The notes under the pieces were generated by a model. The model was not told where the DNA came from, searched no databases, and worked only from the letters and a program-made list of their open reading frames with translations. The translations under genes and the position numbers were made by a program. Shown here one piece after another: positions 1-7,810 of a stretch of DNA of 64,000 bases. The first letter of the stretch is position 1, and every line of letters starts with the position of its first letter. The DNA lies in contig JBAXLH010000001.1 of assembly GCA_037134875.1 (NCBI GenBank), forward strand, positions 5,322-69,321, written 5' to 3'. Source of the DNA: a bacterium (GTDB lineage: Bacteria; Patescibacteriota; Minisyncoccia; Phycocordibacterales; DATDWN01).

Positions 1-298
1 GCTCCAGGGGTATTTGTAATCACGATTCCCCTTTTTGTTGCCTCGGCAACATCAATGTTGTTATACCCCACTGCATAATTTGCAAAAATTTTGGCAGTTG
101 GCACAGCATCAAAAATTTCTGCATTTATTTGGTTTGTCAAAAGCTGAAGTACCGCGTCGTATGGTTTTGCTTTGAGTGCGGAAATAAGCTCGTCTTTTGT
201 CAAAATTTTGTCACCAGCAACATCCACCTCATATCCTTTGTCTTGTAACATTTTAATTCCAACCTCTGGAATTCTTTGTGTGATGAATACTTTTTTCA
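1..298 (-). CDS. D-isomer-specific 2-hydroxyacid dehydrogenase family protein (N-terminal part; gene continues beyond the window start)
   Basis: The reverse-strand translation from an ATG at 298 reads MKKVFITQRIPEVGIKMLQDKGYEVDV...NYAVGYNNIDVAEATKRGIVITNTPG, the typical N-terminus of glycerate/hydroxypyruvate dehydrogenase-like enzymes. It is not in the ORF table because it is truncated. Confidence 0.55.
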
Positions 299-402
299 TA
301 TGTTGTGTTTGGAAACTCGTTTTGTTGGGTACTTTTTTGAAAACAGAGTTTCTATTTTACTAATTTATAATTTTTGATTCAGAAACTTTTTCTCACTGTC
401 TA

Positions 403-482
403 CTTTTCCGAAAACGAAATAAATTTCTGCTGAAATTTTTTCTCGTGCTCAGCCCGTCGGCCTGCGCAATGTTTCGGAAAAG
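403..482. repeat. Palindromic intergenic element, family R3 (core ...ttcttcgtgctcRgcccgtcggcctgYgcaatg... between the arms cttttccgaaaac / gtttcggaaaag)
   Basis: The conserved core is shared with copies at 1421-1494, 19366-19459 and 33080-33215 (reverse orientation). The flanking inverted arms are unique to this copy. Confidence 0.6.
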
Positions 483-505
483 CATCCAGTTCAACAAGTT
501 TCTGA

Positions 506-1417
506 TTACTCTTTAATATTATTAAACATTTTTAATTTTTTCTCGACGACATCTTGGACTGCTTTGACAGAAGGCTTCAAAAACTTGTACGGTGCTACCT
601 CCTCTGGATTTTCTGACAGGCCTTTCATAAGTCCCTGTTTGTATGCTACACGAATTTCGGTGTTGATATGCACAATTGCAATACCGTTTGCGATTGACTG
701 TTTGAAATCATCCTCTGAGTTACCTGATCCACCATGGAGAACAAGCGGGACTTTTGTGGCCTCGGCAATTGCCTTGACCCTCTCGATGTTGAGCTTTGGA
801 TCTACGCCTCCTCGGAGCATCCCGTGGAAATTTCCAACAGCTGGAGCGAGCATATCTACACCAGTCAGGTCTACAAACTCTTTTGCCTTGATTGGATCGG
901 TCAGAGATTTCTCATCGAGAAGCACACCTTCGGGAATTGCATCCAAGACTTTTGACGATTGACCAATAAAACCGAGCTCACCCTCTACCAAAACCTCTCT
1001 GCCACAACCCCTCGCATACTCCACACACTGTTTTGCAACTTTTATATTTTCTTCCAAAGAAATATTTGCTCCATCAAAAATAACTGAATCAAATCCAGCA
1101 TCGATGACTTCTTTTACGCGATTAAAAGAGTATGTGTGGTCTGCGTTGAGAAAAATTGGATAGTTGTACTGCTCACGAGTAGCTTTGACCACTGCGGCAA
1201 CCTGTGGAATGCCGACAAAATCTCTCTCGCCCTCTGACACTCCAATAATAATCGGAACATTGAGAGATTGTGCTGCTCGGAAGACTCCCCAAAATGCTTC
1301 CATATTTGAAATATTAAAATGACCTATCGCTACTTTTTTTTCTAACGCCTCATGCACACATTCTTTTAATGTTTTCATGTCAGTAATTATACCATACAGA
1401 TTTCCCAGACAAAACAC
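506..1417 (-). CDS. fba: Class II fructose-bisphosphate aldolase
   Basis: 303 aa. The N-terminal region is ...AIGHFNISNMEAFWGVFRAAQSLNVPIIIGVSEGE... and the C-terminal motifs are LHGGSGNSEDDF, typical of FbaA/KbaY class II aldolases. Confidence 0.85.
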   Translation of the reverse strand: MFCLGNLYGIITDMKTLKECVHEALEKKVAIGHFNISNMEAFWGVFRAAQSLNVPIIIGVSEGERDFVGIPQVAAVVKATREQYNYPIFLNADHTYSFNRVKEVIDAGFDSVIFDGANISLEENIKVAKQCVEYARGCGREVLVEGELGFIGQSSKVLDAIPEGVLLDEKSLTDPIKAKEFVDLTGVDMLAPAVGNFHGMLRGGVDPKLNIERVKAIAEATKVPLVLHGGSGNSEDDFKQSIANGIAIVHINTEIRVAYKQGLMKGLSENPEEVAPYKFLKPSVKAVQDVVEKKLKMFNNIKE

Positions 1418-1420
1418 TAT

Positions 1421-1494
1421 CTTTCAAAAAACGGATAAATTTTTGCTAAAATTTTCCTGCGTAGCCAGCCTCGCTTCGGCAATGTTTTTGAAAG
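1421..1494. repeat. Palindromic intergenic element, family R3 (arms ctttcaaaaaac / gtttttgaaag)
   Basis: The core ggataaatttttgctaaaattttcct-GC hairpin-caatg is near-identical to the reverse complement of 33110-33190. It lies between the divergent fba and pfkB-like genes. Confidence 0.6.
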
Positions 1495-1535
1495 TATATT
1501 TTGTATTGTTTTTACTTGATGGTACAATTACCTAT

Positions 1536-2519
1536 ATGAAAACAGATATTCTCGCCATTGGCGATGTTGTTATAGATGCTTTTATTAGACTCAAAGAAGC
1601 AGAGGTTCGGTGTGACGAACACAAGCAAAATTGCAAGCTGTGTTTGAGTTTTGCTGACAAAGTTCCCTACGAATCCGTTGAAATTTGCAAAGCTGTGGGA
1701 AATTCTGCAAATGCATCTGTATCAGCTGCACGTCTCGGTCTCAATTCTGCACTACTCTCATACGTTGGAAACGACCGAAATGGTGATGAATGTGTTGAAG
1801 AACTCCAAAAAAACAATGTGCACACAGAATATGTCAGAAAAGAGGATGGAAAAGTGACCAACTATCACTATGTGCTCTGGTATGATGTTGATCGCACGAT
1901 TTTGGTCAAGCACGAAACATACAACTACTCTCTCGGCAACATAGAAGCTCCAAAATGGATCTATTTGAGCTCTATGGGAGAAAATTCTCTGGAATTCCAT
2001 ATGGAAATTGCTGACTTTTTGGACAAAAACCCTGACACAAAACTCGTGTTCCAACCTGGAACATTTCAAATGAAATTTGGCAAAGACGCACTCGCACGAA
2101 TCTACAAAAAAACTGATATTTTTTTCTGCAACGTTGAGGAGTCACAGAGAATTTTGGGACGCAGTGACACACGAGATCTCCCAACACTTATGAAAGAAAT
2201 GATGGCTCTTGGCCCAAAAATAGTTTGTATTACAGACGGTATCGATGGTGCATATGCATACGACGGCACACATATGTGGTTTATGTCTGTGTATCCGCAC
2301 GTACCATTCGAGAGAACGGGCGCAGGTGACGCTTTTGCATCCACTGTTACCTCGGCACTTCTTCTTGGCAAAACACTGGAGGAAGCAATGATGTGGGGCC
2401 CGATCAACTCGATGTCAGTTGTCCAAAAAGTCGGCGCACAAAAAGGCCTCCTCACTCGCGAACGACTCGAGGAATATCTTCGCAATGCTCCAACAGACTA
2501 CAAACCAAGATTATTGTAA
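1536..2519 (+). CDS. PfkB-family carbohydrate kinase (ribokinase-like)
   Basis: The start is taken at MKTDILAIGDVVID, because the upstream part of ORF 1377.. is translated repeat sequence. The C-terminal motif is GAGDAF. Confidence 0.8.
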   Translation: MKTDILAIGDVVIDAFIRLKEAEVRCDEHKQNCKLCLSFADKVPYESVEICKAVGNSANASVSAARLGLNSALLSYVGNDRNGDECVEELQKNNVHTEYVRKEDGKVTNYHYVLWYDVDRTILVKHETYNYSLGNIEAPKWIYLSSMGENSLEFHMEIADFLDKNPDTKLVFQPGTFQMKFGKDALARIYKKTDIFFCNVEESQRILGRSDTRDLPTLMKEMMALGPKIVCITDGIDGAYAYDGTHMWFMSVYPHVPFERTGAGDAFASTVTSALLLGKTLEEAMMWGPINSMSVVQKVGAQKGLLTRERLEEYLRNAPTDYKPRLL

Positions 2520-2522
2520 TTA

Positions 2523-2657
2523 TCTGAATCAAAACTCGTCGAAAACGTATTCTTTTTTGAGGCTTCGCAAGCGCGACGGCGCGAGACTTGAGAAATTTGC
2601 CAGCAGGCAAATATTCGTACTCAAAAAAGAATATGTTGAGTAAGAGTTTTGATTCAG
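2523..2657. repeat. Palindromic element, family R1 (core gaggcttcgcaRgcg...gagacttgagaaatttgccagcaggcaaatattcgtactc)
   Basis: The ~70-nt core is shared with 19741-19870 and 28829-28958. The copy-specific inverted arms are tctgaatcaaaactcgtcgaaaacgtattctttttt / aaaaaagaatatgttgagtaagagttttgattcaga. It lies between convergent genes. Confidence 0.65.
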
Positions 2658-2667
2658 ATTTTGATAT

Positions 2668-3660
2668 TTATTTTTTTCGAGATATTGCTTTTTTGCAAGC
2701 CGAGAGAATGTGTGATTCGCCCATTTCGTAGTATTCCAAAAGTTCTTCGGGTGTACCAGACTGACCAAACTGATCTTTGACTCCGATAAATTCAATCGGT
2801 GTCGGTGACTGTGCGGACAAGAATTCAGCTATCGCACTTCCGAGACCTCCGGCGATTTGATGTTCCTCTACTGTTACAATCGCTCCAACGTTTTTTGCAA
2901 TTTTGAGCAAAGCTTCGGCATCAAGCGGTTTGACTGTTGCAAAATTCCAGACCTGTACTTTGACACCTTCTTTGCTGAGTTTTTCTGCAACTAACAGAGA
3001 TTTGTGCACGAGCGCACCGATTGCAACTATTGCAACATCGGCTTTTTGTTCTCCATAAAACATTTGTGCTTTGCCAAATTCAAATGGAGTATCTTTTGTT
3101 GTAATGATTGGCGTTTTTTCGCGTGCAAGTCTAATGTATACTGGCTTGCCAAGCTCTGCCGCGACGAGCGTGACTCTGTGTGCCTCGAGCGAGTCACATG
3201 GACAAATAACATTCATTCGGGGGAGAATTCGTGTGATAGCAATATCTTCAATCGCCTGATGTGTTCCTCCATCTGGTCCTACCGACACGCCGGCGTGAGA
3301 GCCAACAACTACTGCCGAACATTCGTTGTAACAAATCGTAGTGCGAATCTGCTCCCAATTTCGTCCGGGAGAAAACATTGCATAACTTGTAAAGAAAGGA
3401 ATTTTTCCCATCGCTGCCATACCACTCGCCACACTCGCCAGATTTTGTTCGGCAATACCGATCTGGACAAATCGCTCTGGAAATTTATTTTTAAATAAAT
3501 TCATCTGCGTGGATACAGTGAGGTCAGCACAGAGTCCAACAACCTTTGGATTTTTCTCGCCAGCCTCGAGAAGCCCGCGACCAAAACCCATTCGAATTGG
3601 TTCCTGCTCAATATCTTTGTCCCACAACTTTGGATTTAATTTTTGATTTTGATTTATCAT
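2668..3660 (-). CDS. Transketolase, C-terminal (pyrimidine-binding) subunit
   Basis: 330 aa, with the split-transketolase architecture typical of small genomes. The sequence is collinear with the transketolase C-terminal half (…GPDGGTHQAIEDIA…). Confidence 0.9.
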   Translation of the reverse strand: MINQNQKLNPKLWDKDIEQEPIRMGFGRGLLEAGEKNPKVVGLCADLTVSTQMNLFKNKFPERFVQIGIAEQNLASVASGMAAMGKIPFFTSYAMFSPGRNWEQIRTTICYNECSAVVVGSHAGVSVGPDGGTHQAIEDIAITRILPRMNVICPCDSLEAHRVTLVAAELGKPVYIRLAREKTPIITTKDTPFEFGKAQMFYGEQKADVAIVAIGALVHKSLLVAEKLSKEGVKVQVWNFATVKPLDAEALLKIAKNVGAIVTVEEHQIAGGLGSAIAEFLSAQSPTPIEFIGVKDQFGQSGTPEELLEYYEMGESHILSACKKAISRKK

Positions 3661-3672
3661 ATAGAATATTTA

Positions 3673-3915
3673 TTAAAAACCATGACCTATTGTTAAACTC
3701 ATAAGCACCAAAAGAGTCGTTGGAATAAGCATAATAACACCTACTACAATAACCAATATTCCAATAATCCTAAGAAAGGATGTTTTGTTATCTTCCTCTT
3801 TTGTTGTAACCAAAATCCTAATACCCGTACCTAAAATTACAAGTGCAATTAGAAATATAGGGAAAAAAGTTCCAAAGAGCCCCCAATCCGCAAGACTAAA
3901 AATGTTCCAATTCAT
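3673..3915 (-). CDS. Small integral membrane protein, hypothetical
   Basis: 80 aa with two hydrophobic helices, lying between the two transketolase subunit genes. Confidence 0.35.
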   Translation of the reverse strand: MNWNIFSLADWGLFGTFFPIFLIALVILGTGIRILVTTKEEDNKTSFLRIIGILVIVVGVIMLIPTTLLVLMSLTIGHGF

Positions 3916-3924
3916 ATGTTTGTT

Positions 3925-4824
3925 TTATTCATGCTCACCTCGGATCTGTCCACCGAGCGTGCGAAGTTCGTGTAAAGCAATTTCGACCTGCTTGTCTTTT
4001 GGTGGTTCACCGGCGATTTCTGTGCCGGGAATATTACCGTGCCATTTGAAATCTCGTTCCATATAGCTCACACCTTTGCCAGGAATTGTTCGGGCTATAA
4101 CAACAGATGGCCCATCAAATACCGCTTGTGCTCTGCCAATAGCTGCAATAATTTCGGCAAAATTGTGTCCATCGATTTCCTCCGTATGCCAGCCAAAACT
4201 CTCAAATTTATGAGTGAGAGATTCAAGGGGCATTACATCTTCTGTATATCCGTCAATTTGAATATTATTTCTGTCTATAATCGCAATCAGATTGCCGAGG
4301 CGTTCCTTTCCGGCGAGCATTATTGCTTCCCAGTTTTGACCTTCATCGAGTTCCCCGTCCCCCATTATGCAATAAAAGAATTTGTCGGATGATTTGCCAT
4401 GATCTATTCTATCGGCAATCGCCATTCCGACCGCCTGTGAAAGCCCAGAGCCAAGTGGTCCGGAGCTGGTCTCCACTGCACGCAAAAATTCTCGGTGCGG
4501 GTGTCCTTGGAGACGAGATTTAAACTTTCGAAGTGTCAAAAGTTCTTCTATTGGAAAATATCCGACGTGAGCGAGCGACGCGTACAGCACCGGTGCAATA
4601 TGTCCGTTTGAAACAATAAGCCGATCTCTCTCTGGCCAATCGGGATTGTGCGGATCGTGTTTCAAAATATAAAAATATAGCGCAGTAAATATATCCGCCA
4701 TACCGAGAGGCCCCGCAGAGTGTCCCGATCCAGCCGAGACAAGCATTTCAATAATAGAAATACGAATCTCTTTTGCTTTTTCTTCCAAAAACTTTAACTT
4801 ATCATCTGTTATATTGTTTTGCAT
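3925..4824 (-). CDS. Transketolase, N-terminal (TPP-binding) subunit
   Basis: 299 aa. The motif GHSAGPLGMADIFTALY…GDGELDEGQNWEA is the thiamine-diphosphate-binding fold of the transketolase N-terminal half. Confidence 0.9.
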   Translation of the reverse strand: MQNNITDDKLKFLEEKAKEIRISIIEMLVSAGSGHSAGPLGMADIFTALYFYILKHDPHNPDWPERDRLIVSNGHIAPVLYASLAHVGYFPIEELLTLRKFKSRLQGHPHREFLRAVETSSGPLGSGLSQAVGMAIADRIDHGKSSDKFFYCIMGDGELDEGQNWEAIMLAGKERLGNLIAIIDRNNIQIDGYTEDVMPLESLTHKFESFGWHTEEIDGHNFAEIIAAIGRAQAVFDGPSVVIARTIPGKGVSYMERDFKWHGNIPGTEIAGEPPKDKQVEIALHELRTLGGQIRGEHE

Positions 4825-4839
4825 ATAATTATATTTGAA

Positions 4840-5517
4840 TTATAAAGTGTACGATGAAAATTCTTCGAAAACTTCCTCTGGATTGTCTGCATCTAAAATA
4901 GCCGAGCCAGTAATGAGTTTTTTTGCACCTGCTTTGACAAGAGATTTTGCTGTCTCTTCGGTAACACCAATATCAATACCAATTATACAGTTCGGGTAGT
5001 GTCCATGCAATTGACTTATACGATTCAAAACTTTTAGATCGAGAGCGGCACCGTGTTTGCCGAGCGAATCATTTCCCATACATTGAATAAAATCAACTTG
5101 TGATACAAATTTGTCGAGTTTCGATAAGTCGGTCGATGGTTTGATAGCAATTCCAACGGTCACCAAATTTTCTTTGCAAATATCAATTACTTTTTGAAAA
5201 TTATCTGTTGCCTCGATATGCGCAACGATTGCTGATACACCGGTATAAATCCAATCTCGTACAACATCCTCTGGATTTTTGACCATAAGATGAATTTCAA
5301 AATCAACATCTTCCCACCTCGGCCAGCCTATTGCTTCTGTTTTCAACTTTTCAAAAAAATCAATGTCACGACCATTGTATGGCCATGTTTTGACGGGCGT
5401 AAACATACCATCGGAAATATCTATTTGGATGAGGTGTGCAAAAGACGCGACTCTGGAAATTTCTTCCTCTGTTTGTTCTCGCGTTTTTGGAATAATTGCT
5501 GGTACGACTATGGTCAT
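4840..5517 (-). CDS. rpe: Ribulose-phosphate 3-epimerase-like TIM-barrel protein
   Basis: 225 aa. The sequence …IDISDGMFTP…IHLMVKNPE…VAHIEAT… follows the Rpe pattern. The protein is divergent near the phosphate-binding loop. Confidence 0.65.
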   Translation of the reverse strand: MTIVVPAIIPKTREQTEEEISRVASFAHLIQIDISDGMFTPVKTWPYNGRDIDFFEKLKTEAIGWPRWEDVDFEIHLMVKNPEDVVRDWIYTGVSAIVAHIEATDNFQKVIDICKENLVTVGIAIKPSTDLSKLDKFVSQVDFIQCMGNDSLGKHGAALDLKVLNRISQLHGHYPNCIIGIDIGVTEETAKSLVKAGAKKLITGSAILDADNPEEVFEEFSSYTL

Positions 5518-5579
5518 ATGTTTTGAAAATTTTATTGTTTCCCAAATTTCGTTGAGCTGGATTGTTTTTGGAGAAACTA

Positions 5580-6026
5580 TTAAATTTTAATTTCATCAAT
5601 CTTTCTAATTCGTCGTTCGTGTCTCTCTTCGCCGGAAAATTTGGTGTGAAGCCAAAGTTCTACTGCCTGTTTTGCTTCTTGAGAAGTCAAAAAATGTGCT
5701 CCGAGAGAAAGCATATTTGCATTATTATGTTCACGAGAGAGAGTTACAATGTGTTTTGGTCCACCATAGAACACAGCACAGCGTACATTAGGAAATCTGT
5801 TGGCAACTATTGCCTCGCCTTGACCTGACCAGCCGATCACGATACCTTTTTTTTGTGGATTTTCGAAAATTTTGCGAGCAACGAGAGATACATAGTCTGG
5901 ATAGTCATCATCATGATTGTATTTCGATGGACCACAATCAAAAACCTCTAAACCTTTTTCCTCGAGAAAAGATATGAGTTCCCTTTTGAGCTCAAACCCA
6001 GCATGATCTGATCCAATATATATCAT
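5580..6026 (-). CDS. rpiB: Ribose-5-phosphate isomerase B
   Basis: 148 aa. The N-terminal MIYIGSDHAGFELK is the RpiB/LacAB family N-terminus. Confidence 0.9.
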   Translation of the reverse strand: MIYIGSDHAGFELKRELISFLEEKGLEVFDCGPSKYNHDDDYPDYVSLVARKIFENPQKKGIVIGWSGQGEAIVANRFPNVRCAVFYGGPKHIVTLSREHNNANMLSLGAHFLTSQEAKQAVELWLHTKFSGEERHERRIRKIDEIKI

Positions 6027-6032
6027 ATAAAA

Positions 6033-6509
6033 TTATTGTTGCGCTATGCAGTAGTTATAACTCACACCACCAGCACAACCAGACGACAAATCAGTTGCAC
6101 CACTGTTTCCAGCCGATGCTTGCTCCATTTGTGCACAGACTCTAAATTTGCCGTTTGCTGAGTTGATGATCTGGAAAGCGTAGTCGCCCGTAGCACCTTT
6201 TTTGTTTGGATCGTATGTCATTGTTTTCATATACGGCAACATATTACTTACAAATGTTGCGGTGGACCCTGCATCAGAAACCGTAGCACACGTTGTACCC
6301 GATCTCGGCAGAGTACCATTATCTGCAAAATACATATTGATACCTTTGACCAACTGATCCATATTTTGTTTGCGTTGTGTGTCACGACTTTTTTGTCCAG
6401 CCGTATATGTGTACGACACGATAATTCCTGCGAGTGCAGAAATAAGAGAAATCACCACAAGTAATTCAATGAGAGAGAAACCTTTATTAAAATGATTGAT
6501 ATATTTCAT
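6033..6509 (-). CDS. Type IV pilin-like protein (prepilin-type N-terminal cleavage/methylation domain)
   Basis: The N-terminus is MKYINHFNKGFSLIELLVVISLISALAGII, with G/F cleavage-site and hydrophobic-helix motifs. Confidence 0.8.
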   Translation of the reverse strand: MKYINHFNKGFSLIELLVVISLISALAGIIVSYTYTAGQKSRDTQRKQNMDQLVKGINMYFADNGTLPRSGTTCATVSDAGSTATFVSNMLPYMKTMTYDPNKKGATGDYAFQIINSANGKFRVCAQMEQASAGNSGATDLSSGCAGGVSYNYCIAQQ

Positions 6510-6511
6510 AG

Positions 6512-7543
6512 TTACATCAAAAATGATGCAGTCTTTACGACATGCTCCATAAGCGAATAAGTGTACCCCATTTCATTATCATACCATGCCATAACTTTGA
6601 CAAGATTGCCGTCGATAACTCGCGTGAGTCCGAGATCCGCAATTGACGCATAGTGACTACCCAGAATATCCGAAGAAACGATTGGGTCTTTGGTCACAGT
6701 AAATATTTTTGCCCAATGTGGATCCTGTGATGCTTTCTCCAGAATACTGTTTACTTCCTCAACTGTTGTATTTCTTTTTGAAATAAATGTAATGTCAGCA
6801 ATCGAGCCCGCAATGATAGGAACTCGAATTGAAAGTCCGTCGAACTTGCCCTTGAGATCTGTAATTACTTTTGTGGTTGCTTTTGCTGCACCAGTAGATG
6901 TTGGAATCATATTTTGTGCTGCAGCTCTTCCCTCTTTGAAATCTTTTTTGTTTGGACCATCGACAATACTCTGACTTGCGGTATACCCATGCACAGTATT
7001 GAGAACAGCTTTTTCAATACCGATTGTTTGATTCAAAATCTGAATAACTGGACTACCGGCATTTGTCGTACACGATGCGTTTGATGTCACTATTCTGTCT
7101 TTGAGTGTGTCGCAGTTGATACCCATAAGGATTGTGGCATCGGACTCTGATCGTGGTTCGTCTTTGACCGGAGCTGTAATCACGACTTTTTTCGCCCCTG
7201 CGGTAATGTGTACACTAGCTTTTTCAAATGACGTAAATGCACCCGTGGATTCAACCACAACATGAATACCCAATGTTCCCCATGGAAGTTGTGTTGGATC
7301 CTTTTCTGACAAGAACAAAATTTCTCGTCCATTTACTGATATCTTTTTCTTGTCCTCTGACACTGTAACAGATGAAAATTTCTGCCCATATGCAGTATCG
7401 TATTTTATAAGATAGGCGATATTGTCAATGTCTCCCAAATCATTGATTGCAACAACCTCCACATCTTCTCGAGTTTCAGCAATACGCAAAAATGCTCTGC
7501 CTATACGACCAGCACCATTGATAGCAACTTTTATTTTTGACAT
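6512..7543 (-). CDS. gap: Glyceraldehyde-3-phosphate dehydrogenase
   Basis: The N-terminal motif is KVAINGAGRIGRAF and the active site is SNASCTTNA. The start is taken at MSKIKVA. Confidence 0.9.
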   Translation of the reverse strand: MSKIKVAINGAGRIGRAFLRIAETREDVEVVAINDLGDIDNIAYLIKYDTAYGQKFSSVTVSEDKKKISVNGREILFLSEKDPTQLPWGTLGIHVVVESTGAFTSFEKASVHITAGAKKVVITAPVKDEPRSESDATILMGINCDTLKDRIVTSNASCTTNAGSPVIQILNQTIGIEKAVLNTVHGYTASQSIVDGPNKKDFKEGRAAAQNMIPTSTGAAKATTKVITDLKGKFDGLSIRVPIIAGSIADITFISKRNTTVEEVNSILEKASQDPHWAKIFTVTKDPIVSSDILGSHYASIADLGLTRVIDGNLVKVMAWYDNEMGYTYSLMEHVVKTASFLM

Positions 7544-7631
7544 TTTTTTGAGATTAGTAAGTAACATTAAAATTATAGCAATTTATATATAAAAAGAAAA
7601 ATCTCTTTGCGAGATTTTTCCACATAGTCAA

Positions 7632-7793
7632 AATTAAATCAGACTTCCTTGTACTTTTCGAAAAGCAATCTGTCTAGTCCTGGTGGACTAGCGAACTTCT
7701 CGTCGCTCAAGAAAACAATGTCGGATTACCTCGTTGTTTTCTAAGCTCCTGCGAAAGGCTTTTCTCAAAATACAAGGAAATCTGATTTAAAAA
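7632..7793. repeat. Palindromic element, family R4 (core aatctRtctagYcctgStggRctagcgaacttctcgtcgctcaagaaaacaatgtcggWttacctcSttgttttctaagctcctgcgaaagg)
   Basis: The core is shared with 62791-62950. The inner hairpin tagtcc-tgg-tggacta here corresponds to tagccc-tgc-tgggcta there, a compensatory double change. The arms aaattaaatcagacttccttgta… / …tacaaggaaatctgatttaaaaatt are copy-specific. Confidence 0.65.
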
Positions 7794-7810
7794 TTATTTG
7801 TTTTTAAGTT

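Noticed and set aside
564-962. Numerous 60-170-aa ORFs antisense to or nested within large well-supported genes (e.g. 564..962, 3004..3498, 16599..17129, 31265..32113, 38279..38872, 39724..40482)
   Set aside because: They overlap longer ORFs with clear family signatures on the opposite strand and have low-complexity, non-protein-like composition.
1377-1535. Upstream extension of the PfkB kinase ORF (start at 1377)
   Set aside because: The first 53 codons run through the R3 palindromic element and the divergent promoter region. The conserved kinase N-terminus begins at MKTDILAIG (1536).
2419-2643. Small ORFs over the R1 elements (2419..2643 +, 19744..19938 -, 28830..29015 -)
   Set aside because: All three are in-repeat reading frames of the same conserved non-coding core, recurring in different contexts.
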